A DNA stretch of 64,000 nt from Octopus sinensis (taxonomy: Eukaryota), in assembly GCF_006345805.1 (NCBI RefSeq), contig NC_043000.1, positions 46,748,001-46,812,000 on the forward strand. Direction: 5' to 3'. This document shows positions 41,580 to 55,020 of the stretch, piece after piece (positions within the stretch are counted from its first letter, which is position 1; each line of letters begins with the position of its first letter). The translations under genes and the position numbers were made by a program. The notes beneath the pieces are model-generated. The model was not told the origin of the DNA. It saw only the letters and a list, made by a program, of their open reading frames with translations, and made no database searches.

Positions 41580-42045
41580 AGTTCATGGCTCGCAGGACGG
41601 CCTGCTGTACTAACCTTGGATTGTAGAGTGACCTGCTGTGCTTGAGGAGACCAACTGAGTTAAGTACATCAACACCAACATCAAAGTAAAAATCAAATGG
41701 AAATTGTAGTTATGATACCTGTGCTGGTGGCATGTAAAAAGCACCATCCGAATGTGGCTGATGCCAGCACCGCCTGACTGGCGTCCGTGTTGGTAACACA
41801 TAAAAAGCACCAACCAATCGTGGCTGTTTACCAGCCTCCTCTGGCCCCTGTGCCGGTGGCATGTAAAAAGCGCTCACTACACTCACGGAGTGGTTAGTGT
41901 TAGGAAGGGCATCCAGCTGTAGAAACACGGTCAGATCAGACTGGAGCCTGGCGCAGCCTCCTAGCTTCCAAGACCCCGGTCGAACTGTCCAACCCATGCT
42001 AGTATGGAAAATGGACGTTAAGCAATGATGATGATGATGATGAAA
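41580..42045 (+). mobile_element. Family C (GAT)n-tailed element
   Basis: Same 3' body and (GAT)n tail as 8.9-9.1 kb, with degenerate versions of the tandem units. Confidence 0.8.
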
Positions 42046-42871
42046 CTATCTTCAGACCTAGAATTCGTAGGCTTGGTTATCCACTTTCCATGGCATGTAA
42101 GTGACAAAGATCACAATATTCTCCCCTAAGCAGATGCTAGTTGCTCACAGGGTTACTCATGTAGAGCTGAGCAGATTTGAACAACAGGAATTGAAGTATC
42201 TTATTCAAGAATACAATGCTCCACCTTGTCCAGAAATCGAAACCATGATCTTGTGATTCTGAGTTCAACACTTTAACCGCTATGTCAGATACCTTCACAA
42301 TTGGCTGTTTAGAGATTATGATATTGTAATTTATTAATGATAATACACCCACTCTTAATCATTATATGACTGCAATTTTTTAGACAACTATATGCTAGCA
42401 TATATATGTGTGTGTGTGTCTGTGTGTGTGTGTACACATAACACATACATGCATTACATATATATATATTTCCTGCATATTTGTACTGCACGCATGTGTG
42501 TAATTGTGTGTGTGTGTATGTGAGTGATTGTGCATGTGTATACACATATACAGAAGTTGGGAAGAACAAGTAAGAGAAAAAAACAAGTAAAATTCCCCTA
42601 TATCTCGTTGTCACCACCATTAAGCCATCATCTTTATATTAAGATAAAAAATTTAGGTTTACTGATATTATTGTTGAAAAGAGTCTGTCAAGAAAGACTG
42701 GAATTGCTGGGATGTAGGTATGAGGATTTGCTTTGTTTAAGGATTAAGATTATCTTTTCATAGCCAAATAACAAAAGTATAAATTCTCTTGGGTAGTTAA
42801 TAGTGTTAAATTTGGTAGACTTGGCATATTATTAGCAGAAAAATGGATTGATAAGGTAACTGAGGTGGGAG

Positions 42872-43535
42872 CAGGACAACTCAACATTGCCAACTTAACA
42901 ATGCTGACTCAACACTGCCAACTCAATACCCGGACAACTCAACACAAGGAAAATTGATTATTAAATAATTTATTTGTTTTATGACTTTATTCATTTTATA
43001 GCATTATCAGGCATTTATAAAGGATTAATTTAATACATGACATAAGTTTTAAAATTCAAATAAAAGTAATTGAAAAACTATACATTTTTAATGCAAGGCT
43101 AAAATTTAAATGAGAAATTTATTGAAAGTTGTATGCAATTCCCTTAAAATATTCCCTGGGAGATCGTTCTGAAAAAGATGTAACAATAGGCAGAGTTCTA
43201 TCATCTGCCTTCATATACTTTGTGTGCAATTTTTTCTTTTCCTCTTTGGTTAAGAATTTCCATTTTGGGTGTGATGAAAAATTTGAATATATATTCATGA
43301 ATCCAACTTTCAAAATTTCTACACCTTAATGTCTATCTCAAGAGCTGTGACTGCCAATATTGTTAGAGAAATATGAATTCTTGGTATTCCTTCTTTGAAT
43401 GGTTTAGAGCAATCTAAATACCTTTGACACCAGCTAAATAGGCTGTTATGACCAAAAAATTATTGTGACAAACTGCCAAATTGAAGAAGCTTGGACCAAT
43501 CGTGAAGCAAACAAACCATTGTTCTGGAATGTGCA

Positions 43536-43577
<42 letters not shown>

Positions 43578-43872
43578 TATAATTATATCCTTTATTTTAT
43601 TCGAATTTTAAAAGTTCTGCCTTTTTTTTATTCAAGCCAAGTATTAAGATTAATCTTTTTATTTATATATTTTTGATGTTTTGAATTTTAAAAGATCTGC
43701 TTTTTTTTTATACAAGCCATGTATTAAGATTAATATTTCTATAAATTTCTGATAATGTTACAAAACGAATAAATTATTTATTAATCAATTTTCTTGGTGT
43801 TGAATTATTCTGGTGTTGAGTCAGTGGTGTTGAGTTGGCAGTGTTGAGTTGATGGTCATGAGTTGTTCCTAT
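42872..43872 (-). mobile_element. DNA transposon relic of about 1 kb with long sub-repeated TIRs (MULE-like)
   Basis: TIRs of about 110 bp are built of CAACTCAACA(C/T)TGC-like units (42872-42980 and 43765-43872). The internal minus-strand NIYSNFSSHPKWKFL resembles the MULE C-terminal HPNIWKF motif. No TSD was found. Confidence 0.6.
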
Positions 43873-44939
43873 TTGAACTGAAGTAGCCAGAGTATGTGAT
43901 AGAATAAATAAGCTTAGATCAGCTAAAGACAAAATAACAGCAACATTTATCATTGCACAAAGCACCACAGAAGATTGGCAGGTGGACAACAGAACTGCTT
44001 TTATATGGCTTGCCAGTAGACCACCTCAACAAGAAAAGAAGGTAACCTTATTATCAAGCAAGCAAATTTACTGGACATATTGTTCAGCACCGTCATAGCT
44101 TTTCTGGTATTCTCCATTATCTTCATATCTATTATACTTACATCTAAATAATAATATATAGGAATTATATTTATCATTAAAAAAACCCAAAACCCAATTA
44201 ATATAACTCCTGCTGTAACCAAAGTAGACGAATGCTATGGGTATGACATAGAAATTGTGAGATCAAATCCCCTGGAGTTCTGTGATGTAAATGACCTAAT
44301 TACCTGCAATTGGAATTTCTGGAAATCAACCAGCCAGCCATCTAATCACCTACCTTTTAGGTAATTATAGAACCCAAACAAATCCATTTATCACACAATC
44401 CAAATTGACTTTATTCCTTCAAGGAAAGACGGTAGGTAGATTGTTGTAAATATTCAGTCGTTGTATGGCTGGTTAAAAATTGTATCAACAGGTCTAGGAA
44501 AATGGACTCTCCAACTCAGATTAGTGAATAAGGACTTTGGAGTTGGAGCTTAACGTATGAGAAGAAAAATATAGATGCTGAAAGAATCTTGTCTGATTTT
44601 AGATTCGTGGAAGTTTTAATAGATGCTTATGTTAGAAGGAAAGAAAGGATAAAGATTTATAACATAGAGGAAAACTTGAAGTTTGTGACTTAATATGCTG
44701 AAGGCTACTGATTAGATGTGTCTGGTTCAAGATCCCAACTAGATATAAGATGATGTACTGGTAGAAATATACTATAGTTAGAATCATAAAGACAGCTGGT
44801 TCATAATTGCTGAGATGAAAAGTATGGTATGGGCTAACTATTCAAATATTCAGTAATGCATCATATCCAATGACTAATGTAGAAATTTCATTGCAAACTA
44901 TTACAAAGACAAAAAAGGTGCATGAGAAAGAGGTAACTA

Positions 44940-45150
44940 CAAAGACATCAGATTGTTGAGAAAATAATTGAAAGAGTTATTGCAAAATTGCTTAGGAACA
45001 GAATTAACCTGGATGAAATGTTAGACTATACCAAAAAGACAAACCAATGATGCCATATTCCTAGTGAAACAACTGTAGTAAACCACTACACATAACATTC
45101 AACAAACCTGGTGAAGATCTTTGACATTGTAGGGTAGAGCAAACATTATT
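44940..45150 (+). pseudogene. RTE-clade LINE RT fragment
   Basis: KIIERVIAKLLRNRINLDEM...TNDAIFLVKQL...LVKIFD, a decayed form of QFGF..STTDAIF...FVDLEKAFD. Confidence 0.6.
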
Positions 45151-45884
45151 GAGCTACAAGAAACCTTTAGTCTTGCCTTGTGGAAGACATGAACTGGTAA
45201 CTCTATAAAACACATCTAGTACATTCTAGAAAATAGCTGGAGTTAGGAAAAATATCCAAATGTAGAAACCATGCCAAACTAACATCTATATGTAAGACAT
45301 GGTTCTTGACCATGCCTAGAAAGGTAGTATCTCTGACTACAAGCCGACACAGACCTTAACACCCCAACTAATCCAAACTGTACACCTCTCAATGCGTGTG
45401 TGTGTGTTTGTCAGTCAGTGTAAAACTAAAGTCTAGGTAGAAAAGTTTTCTGGAGCTAGTGCCTCTGTTAGCATCAAGAGGTTTCTCTTTTTGAGATAAG
45501 GTCAAACAGTGTGACGCTTGTGTAAGAGGTGAAATATTCCTTGTTAATGAAACACAGACATTGAATGTAGTGAATATATGAAGACTGGAATGAAATGTGG
45601 CACACATATTTCTCTGAATTTTATAATTTTATTTGGTATGAATAAAGAAGCACAGTTGAAATTAAGGAGAAAATAGATATCAAAGAAATCAGCTGGAAGA
45701 GGTACAGGTTATATATGATAATAGCTGGGTCAAACAACTGAAATGACAAGAGCCAACAAAAGAGAAAGATGGAAGATGTTGGAAAAATTGGTAAAGTCTG
45801 ATCTCTAGAATCTGAAAGAGATAACTAGGCATTTTAACCATCATGCTGTATTCATATTATAGTGGAAATAGCTTAAAGGTGCAG

Positions 45885-46290
45885 GAGTGGCTGTGTGGTA
45901 AGTAGCTTGTTTACCAACCACATGGTTCCGGGTTCAGTCCCACTGCATGGCACTTTGGGCAAGTGTCTTCTACTGTAGCCTCGGGCCGACCAAAGCCTTG
46001 TGAGTGGATTTGGTAGACGGAAACTGAAAGAAGCCTGTCGTATATATGTATATATATATATGTGTGTGTGTGTGCTTGTGTTTGTCCCCCCAACATCGCT
46101 TCACAACCGATGCTGATGTGTTTACGTCCTCGTAACTTAGCAGTTCGGCAAAAGAGACTGATAGAATAAGTACTAGGCTTACAAAGAATAAGTCCCGGGG
46201 TCAATTTGCTCGACTAAAGGTGGCGCTCGAGCATGGCCACAGTCAAATGACTGAAACAAGTAAAAGAGTTAAAGAGTAAAAGAGTAAATG
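45885..46290 (+). mobile_element. SINE family A, near-intact
   Basis: GCAGGAGTGGCTGTGTGGTAAG...GGTTCAGTCCCACTGC head, internal (TA)/(TG) tract, and (AGTAAAAG)n tail. Confidence 0.9.
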
Positions 46291-47071
46291 TCGCCTCTGC
46301 TGGATTCCTGCTAAAGCGGTAATGAACAACACATGTAGAAAATGAAGATAAAATAATGAAATTAGACAACTGGTTGCAATGCAGCTTTGTAGTGAAGTGT
46401 GTTTGCGACCTGTTATTAATGGTGTTACCCATAAATGCTGTATACTTTTGTTTTTAATTGAAAACAAAAGAATTTTGTGATGAAACAGGCATGTCATGAA
46501 CCCAGCACCTCGTCTGGTAAATTAGCAAGGCCTAGACTCTTTGCATTCGAGGAAATTAATGGCAATGTATAATTCTTCAGAGAAAGAGTTTACACTTACT
46601 CTGGCAATGAAAGTGATTTGGACAATCAAATGGGTGAAAGTGATAAGAAAATTAGCGATATGGGTGATCAAATATAATAGTTGAAAGATGGGCCTATTAT
46701 CATTATTCTCCTGAATATTTTTGTGATTATGCTCCTTAGTTTGCCTAACATATACAGTAGTTGAGAGAGAGAGGCTTATTATTGTTATCCTCCTGAAATT
46801 TTGTGATTCTGTCCTTTAGTATACCCAGCAAATATGGCAGTTGAGAGAAATGTTTATCATTGTTATTCTCTTGAATTGTTTTACCACTATGTTCATTAGC
46901 TTGCCTGCAATTGCTACCTTTGAGAAGTATATGCAATTCTTATTTTTTTTGGTTTTTGTTTTTTTCTTCTCGGGAGCCTAGGTGGAGGGAAAAATTAGAC
47001 ACAGGAGCCAGGTCTGAGAGGATTAAAAAAATTATTGAATGCTACTTTCAAAATGACCTGCTAATCCAAGC

Positions 47072-47299
47072 ATACTCTTTTACTTGTTTCAGTCATTTGA
47101 CTGTGGCCATGCTGGAGCAACACCTTTAGTCGATCGAGCAAATTGACCCCAGGACTTATTCTTTGTAAGCCTAGTACTTATTCTATCGGTCTCTTTTGCC
47201 AAACTCCTAAGTTACGGGGACATAAACACACCAGCATTGGTTGTCAAGTGATGTTGGGGGGACAAACACAGACATACAAACATATACACACATATGCAT

Positions 47300-47343
<44 letters not shown>

Positions 47344-47515
47344 AATAATCGATGGGCTTCTTTCAGTTTCCGTTTACCAAATCCACTCACAAAGCTTTGG
47401 TCGGCCCGAGTCTATAGCAGAAGACACTTGCCTGCCCAAGGTGACACACAGTAGGGCTGAACCCGGAACCATGTGGTTCATAAGCAAGCTACTTACCACA
47501 CAGCCACTCCTACAC
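47072..47515 (-). mobile_element. SINE family A
   Basis: Reverse complement of the same head, body and tail. Confidence 0.9.
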
Positions 47516-47756
47516 CTATGCATAAAAAAATCTATATAAAATGATGTTGGTGATTATTACATTATAGATGCAGGTATTAATTCAACTGACTATTTTCTTA
47601 CAAGAAAATAACTGAACCTTAAAAAAGACACACTGGATAATATAGCTCTTCAACGTACCTAGGGAAAAGACATAATGGTCACACCTGGAATGCCTTTCAT
47701 CTTAGGTCTGCTCTATCAGAGTTGATGTGAAGGTAAATAACAGCAATTTGATATAC

Positions 47757-48172
47757 ATGTAGGAGTGGCTGAGTGGTAAGTGGCTTGCTTACCAACCACA
47801 TAGTTCTGGGTTCAATCCCACTGCATAGCACCTTGGGCAAAAGACTTCTACTATAGCATCGGGCTGACCAAAGCCTTGTGAGTGGATTTGGTTGACGGAA
47901 ACTGAAAGAAGCTCATCGTATATTTATATGTGTGTATATATGTATGTGTGTGCATATATGTTTGTGTGTCTGTGTTTGTTTCCCCAAAATCGATTGACAA
48001 CTGATGCTGGTGTGTTTGTGTCCTCGTAACTTAGCAGTTCAGCAAAAGAGACCAATAGAATAAGTACTAGGCTTACAAAGAATAAGTCCTGGGATCGATT
48101 TGCTCGACTAAAGGCGGTGCTCCAGCGTGACCTCAGTCAAATGATTGAAACAAGTAAAAGAGTAAAAGAGTA
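47757..48172 (+). mobile_element. SINE family A
   Basis: Same head, body and tail. Confidence 0.9.
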
Positions 48173-49685
48173 TGTGTTTCAAATTTTGGCACAAAGGCCA
48201 AGAATTTTAGGAAAGGGGATAAGTTGATTACATCAATTCCAGTGTTCAATTTCTATGAATTTTATCGACCCCAAAATGATGAATTTGAACTTAGAACATA
48301 AAGATGAACGAAATGTTACTAATCATTTTGCTTTGCTCCATCATAATTCAGCCAGCTCACAACAGTATAATATTAAAATATCAAATGTGATCCTGCTTCG
48401 AATTTAGAAACTATTACCTACGTAATGTAGATAACTTTAGAATACTTTTTTCTTTGAAATTAAAATTTACGTGAAAAAGCAAGCAAATTTGAGATTTACA
48501 CATAATTTATTACCCAAGATAACCTATTTAAATTCCACTGGTGTAACACTGTAGCATGGGAAGTGAAAGCTATTACGTTGAATATTTATAAGACTAACTT
48601 GTATATAGCTTTATAATAGAAATGTCACAAGTTTCAGTAATAGTATACTATACTTTGGAACAGTACTTACAATGTGTATTTGTTAGAAACAGTGTGAAGA
48701 TGTATTATTGTTACACCAGGAATATACACTCTTTACAAAATTCTGATTCTTTTATTCATGCCTTCATTATTTAAAACTTAGCAGCCACCTAGTTCTTGAG
48801 GAAACTGTGATGTTAGTTGATAATAAATGGTTAGATGACAACACATTATTATCTCATGTGAGAATGTTGTGAACAAATCTAATTGTTTCTTAGTATTATA
48901 TGTCTGTGTTATGGGAATTGATTTTAGGTCATTTACAAATGTTTCTCTGTTCTGCAAAGCTGCAACCTTTATATTTTATGCTAAGAATGGGGGAAAAAAA
49001 AGAAATTTCATGCAAAATTTATACTTACTAAACTTGGTTAACACAGTCCTGCATATAGGCTACAAAAAGATGGGATGATTAAGGGTGGAATACTTTTGAT
49101 TATAAATCAGTTTAGGTAGAACTGATCTGAGACTGCTAAGTAAATACAAACAGCAATTGCTAAGAAAAATGCATTTGCACACTTTTGCTTTTCTCATGAA
49201 TATTCCTGTCAATGAAATGATTTTCACAGGTTAAAAAAATAATTAATCAGTTTTGTTTGAGTCTTTATGATTGATAATATTTCCAATCAGTATTAACCTC
49301 TGTGGAAACTATCAATATTAACTAGTTGCTATGTCTTCTCAAATTAGGTATTATAGATAATCATCTGCTAATTAACGCATACTGTAATCTCTCTCACTCT
49401 CTTACATATACATGCATACATACACTCATAGATACATTGATACATGCATGAATACATGCACACATAGATATATATGCATGTGTATGTGTGTGTGTGTGTG
49501 TTTATGTACATATATACATACATGCATATAAGCATGTAATCTCTCTCACTCTCTTACATATACATGCATACATACACACGTAGATACATAGATACATGCA
49601 TACATACACACATACATATATATGCATGTGTGTGTGTGTGTGTGTTTATGTACATATATATATATATACACACACGCATATAAGC

Positions 49686-49716
<31 letters not shown>

Positions 49717-50655
49717 TGTATGTATGTATAGATAGATGTTTGTATGCATATATGTATGTATGTATATAAGCGTTTATCTCGGTGAATATGTGTTCTCTGA
49801 AAATATATTTGGCAGGATAGGAACAGGATGGAAATATTTGAGAAAGCTGTTACCTCTGTAGAATAAAAAAGATTGTATAATATTCATGTATAAAATGTAA
49901 TGGTGCAGAAAAGAACATTACACAGACCCCGCTCTCTATCTATTTTGGTCCCCATTCAATCACTTTCTTCTTGTTATTCTTGTAATTACTTATTTTTATG
50001 CTTGCTTCTATCATACTTTTGCATTGTTCCTCTTTCGTTACTTTCTCTTTTAGTTTTTGGGAACTAAACAACTCTCTAATACTGAGGAACAGTTTTACAA
50101 AAGCGAAGAAAGGAAATGAGTTCACTTGCTGGATGTAAGACAACCACTCTAGCTCTGATGCCACCATAAAATGGACCCAGTACACTCTGTTAAGTTGTTG
50201 AATAAATAGAGAAGTGTTCTTCAGTGTTGCCATAGATATAACAACCACTATAGTGTGAGAAACATAACAAAATGCATTTTGTCTCTTTGTAAGTGCTGAG
50301 TGACAGTAAGTGGATTCAATCATTGCAAAGTATGTCCAAAATCTAATGTAGGAGCAAGACATACTTCTTGGCCCGCCAACTCCAAATAAAAACTGATTTG
50401 GTACATAACAATTCATCTATCCCCCATGGAAACATGAATGTAAAAGTAATTACATATGTGTTTTAAATATACAGTTACCTGCAGCTTGTAAATGTAGACA
50501 TATATAAATTCCTTGCTAAAATTCTAATTCTTGAAATAACAAAATACACTTTATAATTAAAGAATTTTAATATGGATCAAAATTATTCATTAATTTATTT
50601 TTATAAGTTATCGAAAAAGCTACTAATAACTATATTCCACTTGTTTATATATATT

Positions 50656-50689
<34 letters not shown>

Positions 50690-50690
50690 G

Positions 50691-50725
<35 letters not shown>

Positions 50726-50819
50726 TTATATATATATATAAACAGGCAGAATATAGTTACTGGGTAATTTTTTCAACAACTTACAAAAATATACAAGATA
50801 TTTTGAAAATCTAAGGATC

Positions 50820-51610
50820 TACTGAAATTAAAGTATGCTGAGGTACAGTGAGAATCTTCAAAAAGCTGTTAAGGAAGTAGAATTTGATGAAACTTGAGTT
50901 CAGTCTAAGACTGAGCTCTACTATTTTGGAATTAAAGTTCTTGGGCTCAGAAATAGAAAACAAAACTGGTTTAATGAAAACAAGAACTAGACCATTAAAC
51001 ATCTCAAAGATAAAAACATGTTGCACCAAAAATATTTATCCAGAGTACAAGACTGGATGTGGTCAACTCTTTTGTCTACCTGGCTACCATTTTCCTTAGA
51101 GATAGATTACTTAGTTCTGAAATAAATCTGATGATTGGAAAAGCCCCAGTGTCTCTGTAAGCCTCAACAATAATATGGTCTGATAGAGGCATCACCATAA
51201 AAATCAAGCTCAGCATCTATGAATTATGTGTCTTAACTACCCTTTATATCTTTCTTAGAATGGGATTATATATCATTGTCACACGAAAGTTTTGTAAAGA
51301 TTTCACCAAGTTGGCCCCAGGGATATCTTAAATATCAAATGGCAGTCTCTAACATCAGATACTGTTGTCCATCAAGTCAACTCATTGAGTATTGAAATAT
51401 TCCTCATGTTTAATCATATGCTCCTTATACTTAATCAGATGCACTAGGATGGTGGAAGGTTACACAAGTGGTTGTTTTATGGGGATTTGCAACGTGGTAA
51501 ATATCTCAAATATAAACCTAAGAAACGTTTTAGGAATGTCAACAAAAACAACCTTAAAGCTCGTAGTGTGGATGTTGAAGACAGGGAGCAGATGAAGGAA
51601 AATCAATTCT
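50820..51610 (+). pseudogene. RTE-clade LINE, internally deleted and decayed
   Basis: VLGLRNRKQNWFNEN (EN-RT linker), RLDVVNSFVYLAT...SEINLMIGKA...IWSDRGITIKIKLSIY..CVLTTL, and KRFRNVNKNNLK (C-terminus). Confidence 0.75.
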
Positions 51611-51985
51611 TTGAAAAGCAGTGATCTACAATGGCACTTAAGGTGGTTCGGTCATGCGGCCTGGTGTCCAGAGGGTGAGCTGATTTGTGATGTCCTTCCC
51701 CCACCTCCGCTTCCCAGCTGGCACACACACATGGGCGAGCAGCTGAAGACCTGGGCAATGATGATAAAGGAGGACCTCTCTGAACTCTCAGGACTGCAGG
51801 TGGTCGGTCTGCACAGATGGAACCACGAATGGCTCGCTATCTCCAGTGACCTCACACTGGACCGTCGAGCATGGGCCACCATGGTTTGTGATGCCGGTAG
51901 GAACAGAGAAGAAGCTGGCACAACCTGCCCTGGGGGAATGCCGTCACAACCCACCCTGGGGGAATGCCGTCACAAGTACAAGTAA
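51611..51985 (+). pseudogene. 3' end of a second RTE-like LINE
   Basis: HLRWFGHAA...KTWAMMIKEDL...DRRAWATMV, followed by a 22-bp tandem duplication and a (CAAGTA)2 tail. Confidence 0.8.
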
Positions 51986-53849
51986 GTTTGTAAACAAGCC
52001 TTGACCTCAATCCCAGACACTTTTCAGCCTAAAAATGTATTGTACATCTGCAGTTATGGTCTGTTTGTACAAAGCCAGACTCACAAGTCATATGAGATCT
52101 TACAACACTATCCACTAATTGAAGAAATAGCCTAACAGATGTTGAAGGATGATAATGATATATACAGTTGCATAAAAAGAAAAGAAAACACAACATTCCA
52201 TCCAAAAATAAGAATATTTTAAAATATCAAAACACTAGATTATTTTAAAACATCAAAAAAGTATAAAAAAATATCAAAAACTAGATTATTGCTGACTGGG
52301 AGATAACAATTTATTCAAAGTAGCTACCTTTAGCTTCCACCATGGCCTCAAGACAGCTCCATTACATATAACAACAACAATGACTTCAAATATTTGGACA
52401 CGTTTTGCCAGTTCATTCTTTCTTTCTAAAATATATCTAGCTGCTTAATGATGAATCACTTATAGCCAGTCATTGCTAGGTAGCTACAATACAAAATGGC
52501 CACAGACTAATGACTGAAAAAAATAAACGATAAAGGTAGACAAGTAGAGAGATAGATAGGGAATTTTTAGTGGGTAACTCTTTTAATGACATAAAAAATA
52601 ATGCACTGAATACTTTCCATATCATCAACATCATCATCATTGTCGTTTAATGTCCACTTTCTAAGCTGGCATGGGTTGGACTGTTTGACTCAGAACTGGT
52701 AAGCCAGGCTCCAATATTATTTGGCAAGGTTTCTACAGTTGCATGCCCTTCCTAATGTCAACCACTCTGAGAGTGTAGTAGATGCTTTTTGCGTGCCACC
52801 AAAATGGGAGCCAGTCAAGCAGCACTGGCATTAGCCATGCTCAAATGGTGCTTTTTACGTGCTAGCCAGGTGACACTGGCATCATATTCTTTAATTGATG
52901 TGTGTGTGCGTATGTGCATGCATGTGTGTGTGTGTATGATTTTAAGAATTATAATTTGAACATATATGTTATTTTTTCTGCACTTACAAATAGCTGGCAA
53001 CCTCATAATGAAACATGATTGTTTTAAATGATAGATATGTTATTATTTCAAAACTTCTGAAATAAATTTTCTGTATATTTAAAATGTTAACTAAGTATCT
53101 GAGTCTCTTAAATATTCATTAAGTGTACAAAATTTTAAATTTAGAAATTACATTATTCCAAGCAATGCTCTATATCTCAAATTGACAAATTAAAAAGAAA
53201 AGTGACTTTCGATTCTTAAAAGTTATCATTCATGTGAAAGTGTGATGTCTTCTGCTTCTTCACTTGAATTAATATATATTCATATTTATTACATGATTGG
53301 TGAATTCTGTTTGATACATGATGTCAATATATTTCCACTAGTGAGTTTTGATGAATGATTCTAAGCCATACTGGTGTATGGAGATTAATAACAAACCTAT
53401 ATTCAAAATAAATTCTTAATAGTTCTGATATCCTTAAGCTGCCAGAAATGTTAACACACCAGGTAAAATGCTTAGCAGTATTACATTCTGAGTTCAAATT
53501 CTGCCGAGGTCGACTTTGCCTTTCATCCTTTTGGGGTTAATAAATTAAGTACCAGTTGCATACTGGAGTCAATCTAATCGACTGGTCCCTCCCCCAAAAT
53601 TCCAGGACTTGTGCCTAGAGTAGAAAAGAAATGTTAGCATGCCAGGCAAAATTCTCAGTGGCATTTCACCTGTCTTTTATGCTCTGAGTGCAAATTTCAC
53701 TGTGGTTGACTTTGACTTTCATTCTTTCAGAGTCAATAAAATAAGTACCATTGAGTACTGAGGTTGATGTAATCAAATTAACCTCCTCCTTCAAAATTGC
53801 TGGAGTTGTGATGCCAAAATTTGAAACCAATATATCTGATTCTCTTAAG

Positions 53850-54320
53850 CAGGTGAACTAGCAGAATTGTTAGCATGCTGGGAAAATGTTTAGTTGCATT
53901 TAACTCAACTTTACATTCTGAGTTCTAATTCTGACGAGGTTGACTTTGGCTTTCATCCTTTTATGGTCGATAAAATAAGTACCTATTTCTTTATTACCCA
54001 CAAGGGGCTAAACACAGAGGGGACAAACAAGGACAGACATAGGTATTAAGTCGATTAGATCGACCCCAGTGCATAACTGGTACTTAATTTATCAACCCCA
54101 AAAGGATGAAAGGCAAAGTCGACCTTGGCGGAATTTGAACTCACAGCGTAACGGCAGACGAAATACCGCTAAGCATTTCGCCCGGCATGCTAATGTTTCT
54201 GCCAGCTCGTCGCCTTATTGGTCGATAAAATAAGTACCAGTTAAGAGCTGGGGTCGATGTAATTAACTTACCTCTCCCTCAAAATTGTTGGCCTTTTGCC
54301 AAAATTCGAAACCAATAATT
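53850..54320 (+). mobile_element. SINE family B with a nested opposite-strand family B copy (53984-54218)
   Basis: A 20-bp TSD TGGTCGATAAAATAAGTACC occurs at 53964-53983 and 54219-54238. Confidence 0.85.
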
Positions 54321-54596
54321 TGAGAGAAAAAAAAAACTGACAAAAACCAGCTGAGATAAAAAAAAACACTGAATTTTTTTTCAGGCAGTGTTCTTCTTGT
54401 TTATTACTTTCTTTATTGTTTGGTGCAGGTATGGCCACGTATATAATAAATCTGCTTCCCAACGATATGGGAACATTAAGGTTCAGCCCATTGCATAATA
54501 CCTCAAGCAAGTGCCTTTTCATAAAGCCTTGTGAGTGGATTTACCTGATGGAAACTGAAAGAACACCATTGTCTATGTGTATGTGCATGCATAGTC

Positions 54597-55020
54597 GCAG
54601 GAGTGGCTGTGTGGTAAGTAGCTTGCTTACCAGCCACATGGTCCTGGGTTCAGTCCCACTGCGTGGCACCTTGGGCAAGTGTCTTCTACTATAGCCTCGG
54701 GCCGACCAAAGCCTTGTGAGTGGATTTGGTAGACAGAAACTGAAAGAAGCCTGTCGTGTATATGTATATATATATGTATGTGTATGTGTGTGTGTATATG
54801 TTTGTGTATATATGTTTGTGTGCCTGTGTTTGTCCCTCTAGCATTGCTTGACAACCGATGCTGGTGTGTTTACGTCCCCGTCACTTAGCGGTTCGGCAAA
54901 AGAGACCGATAGAATAAGTACTGGGCTTACAAAAGAATAAGTCCTGGGGTCGAGTTGCTCGATTAAAGGCGGTGCTCCAGCATGGCCGCAGTCAAATGAC
55001 TGAAACAAGTAAAAAGAGTA
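54597..55020 (+). mobile_element. SINE family A, young near-intact copy
   Basis: Complete head, body, internal microsatellite and tail. Confidence 0.92.

Noticed and set aside
49940-50416. 158-aa minus-strand ORF (…RFWTYFAMIESTY…KVIEWGPK)
   Set aside because: No recognisable domain. It lies just upstream of a plus-strand RTE relic and may be antisense to its decayed endonuclease region. A BLASTP or RNA-seq check would settle it.
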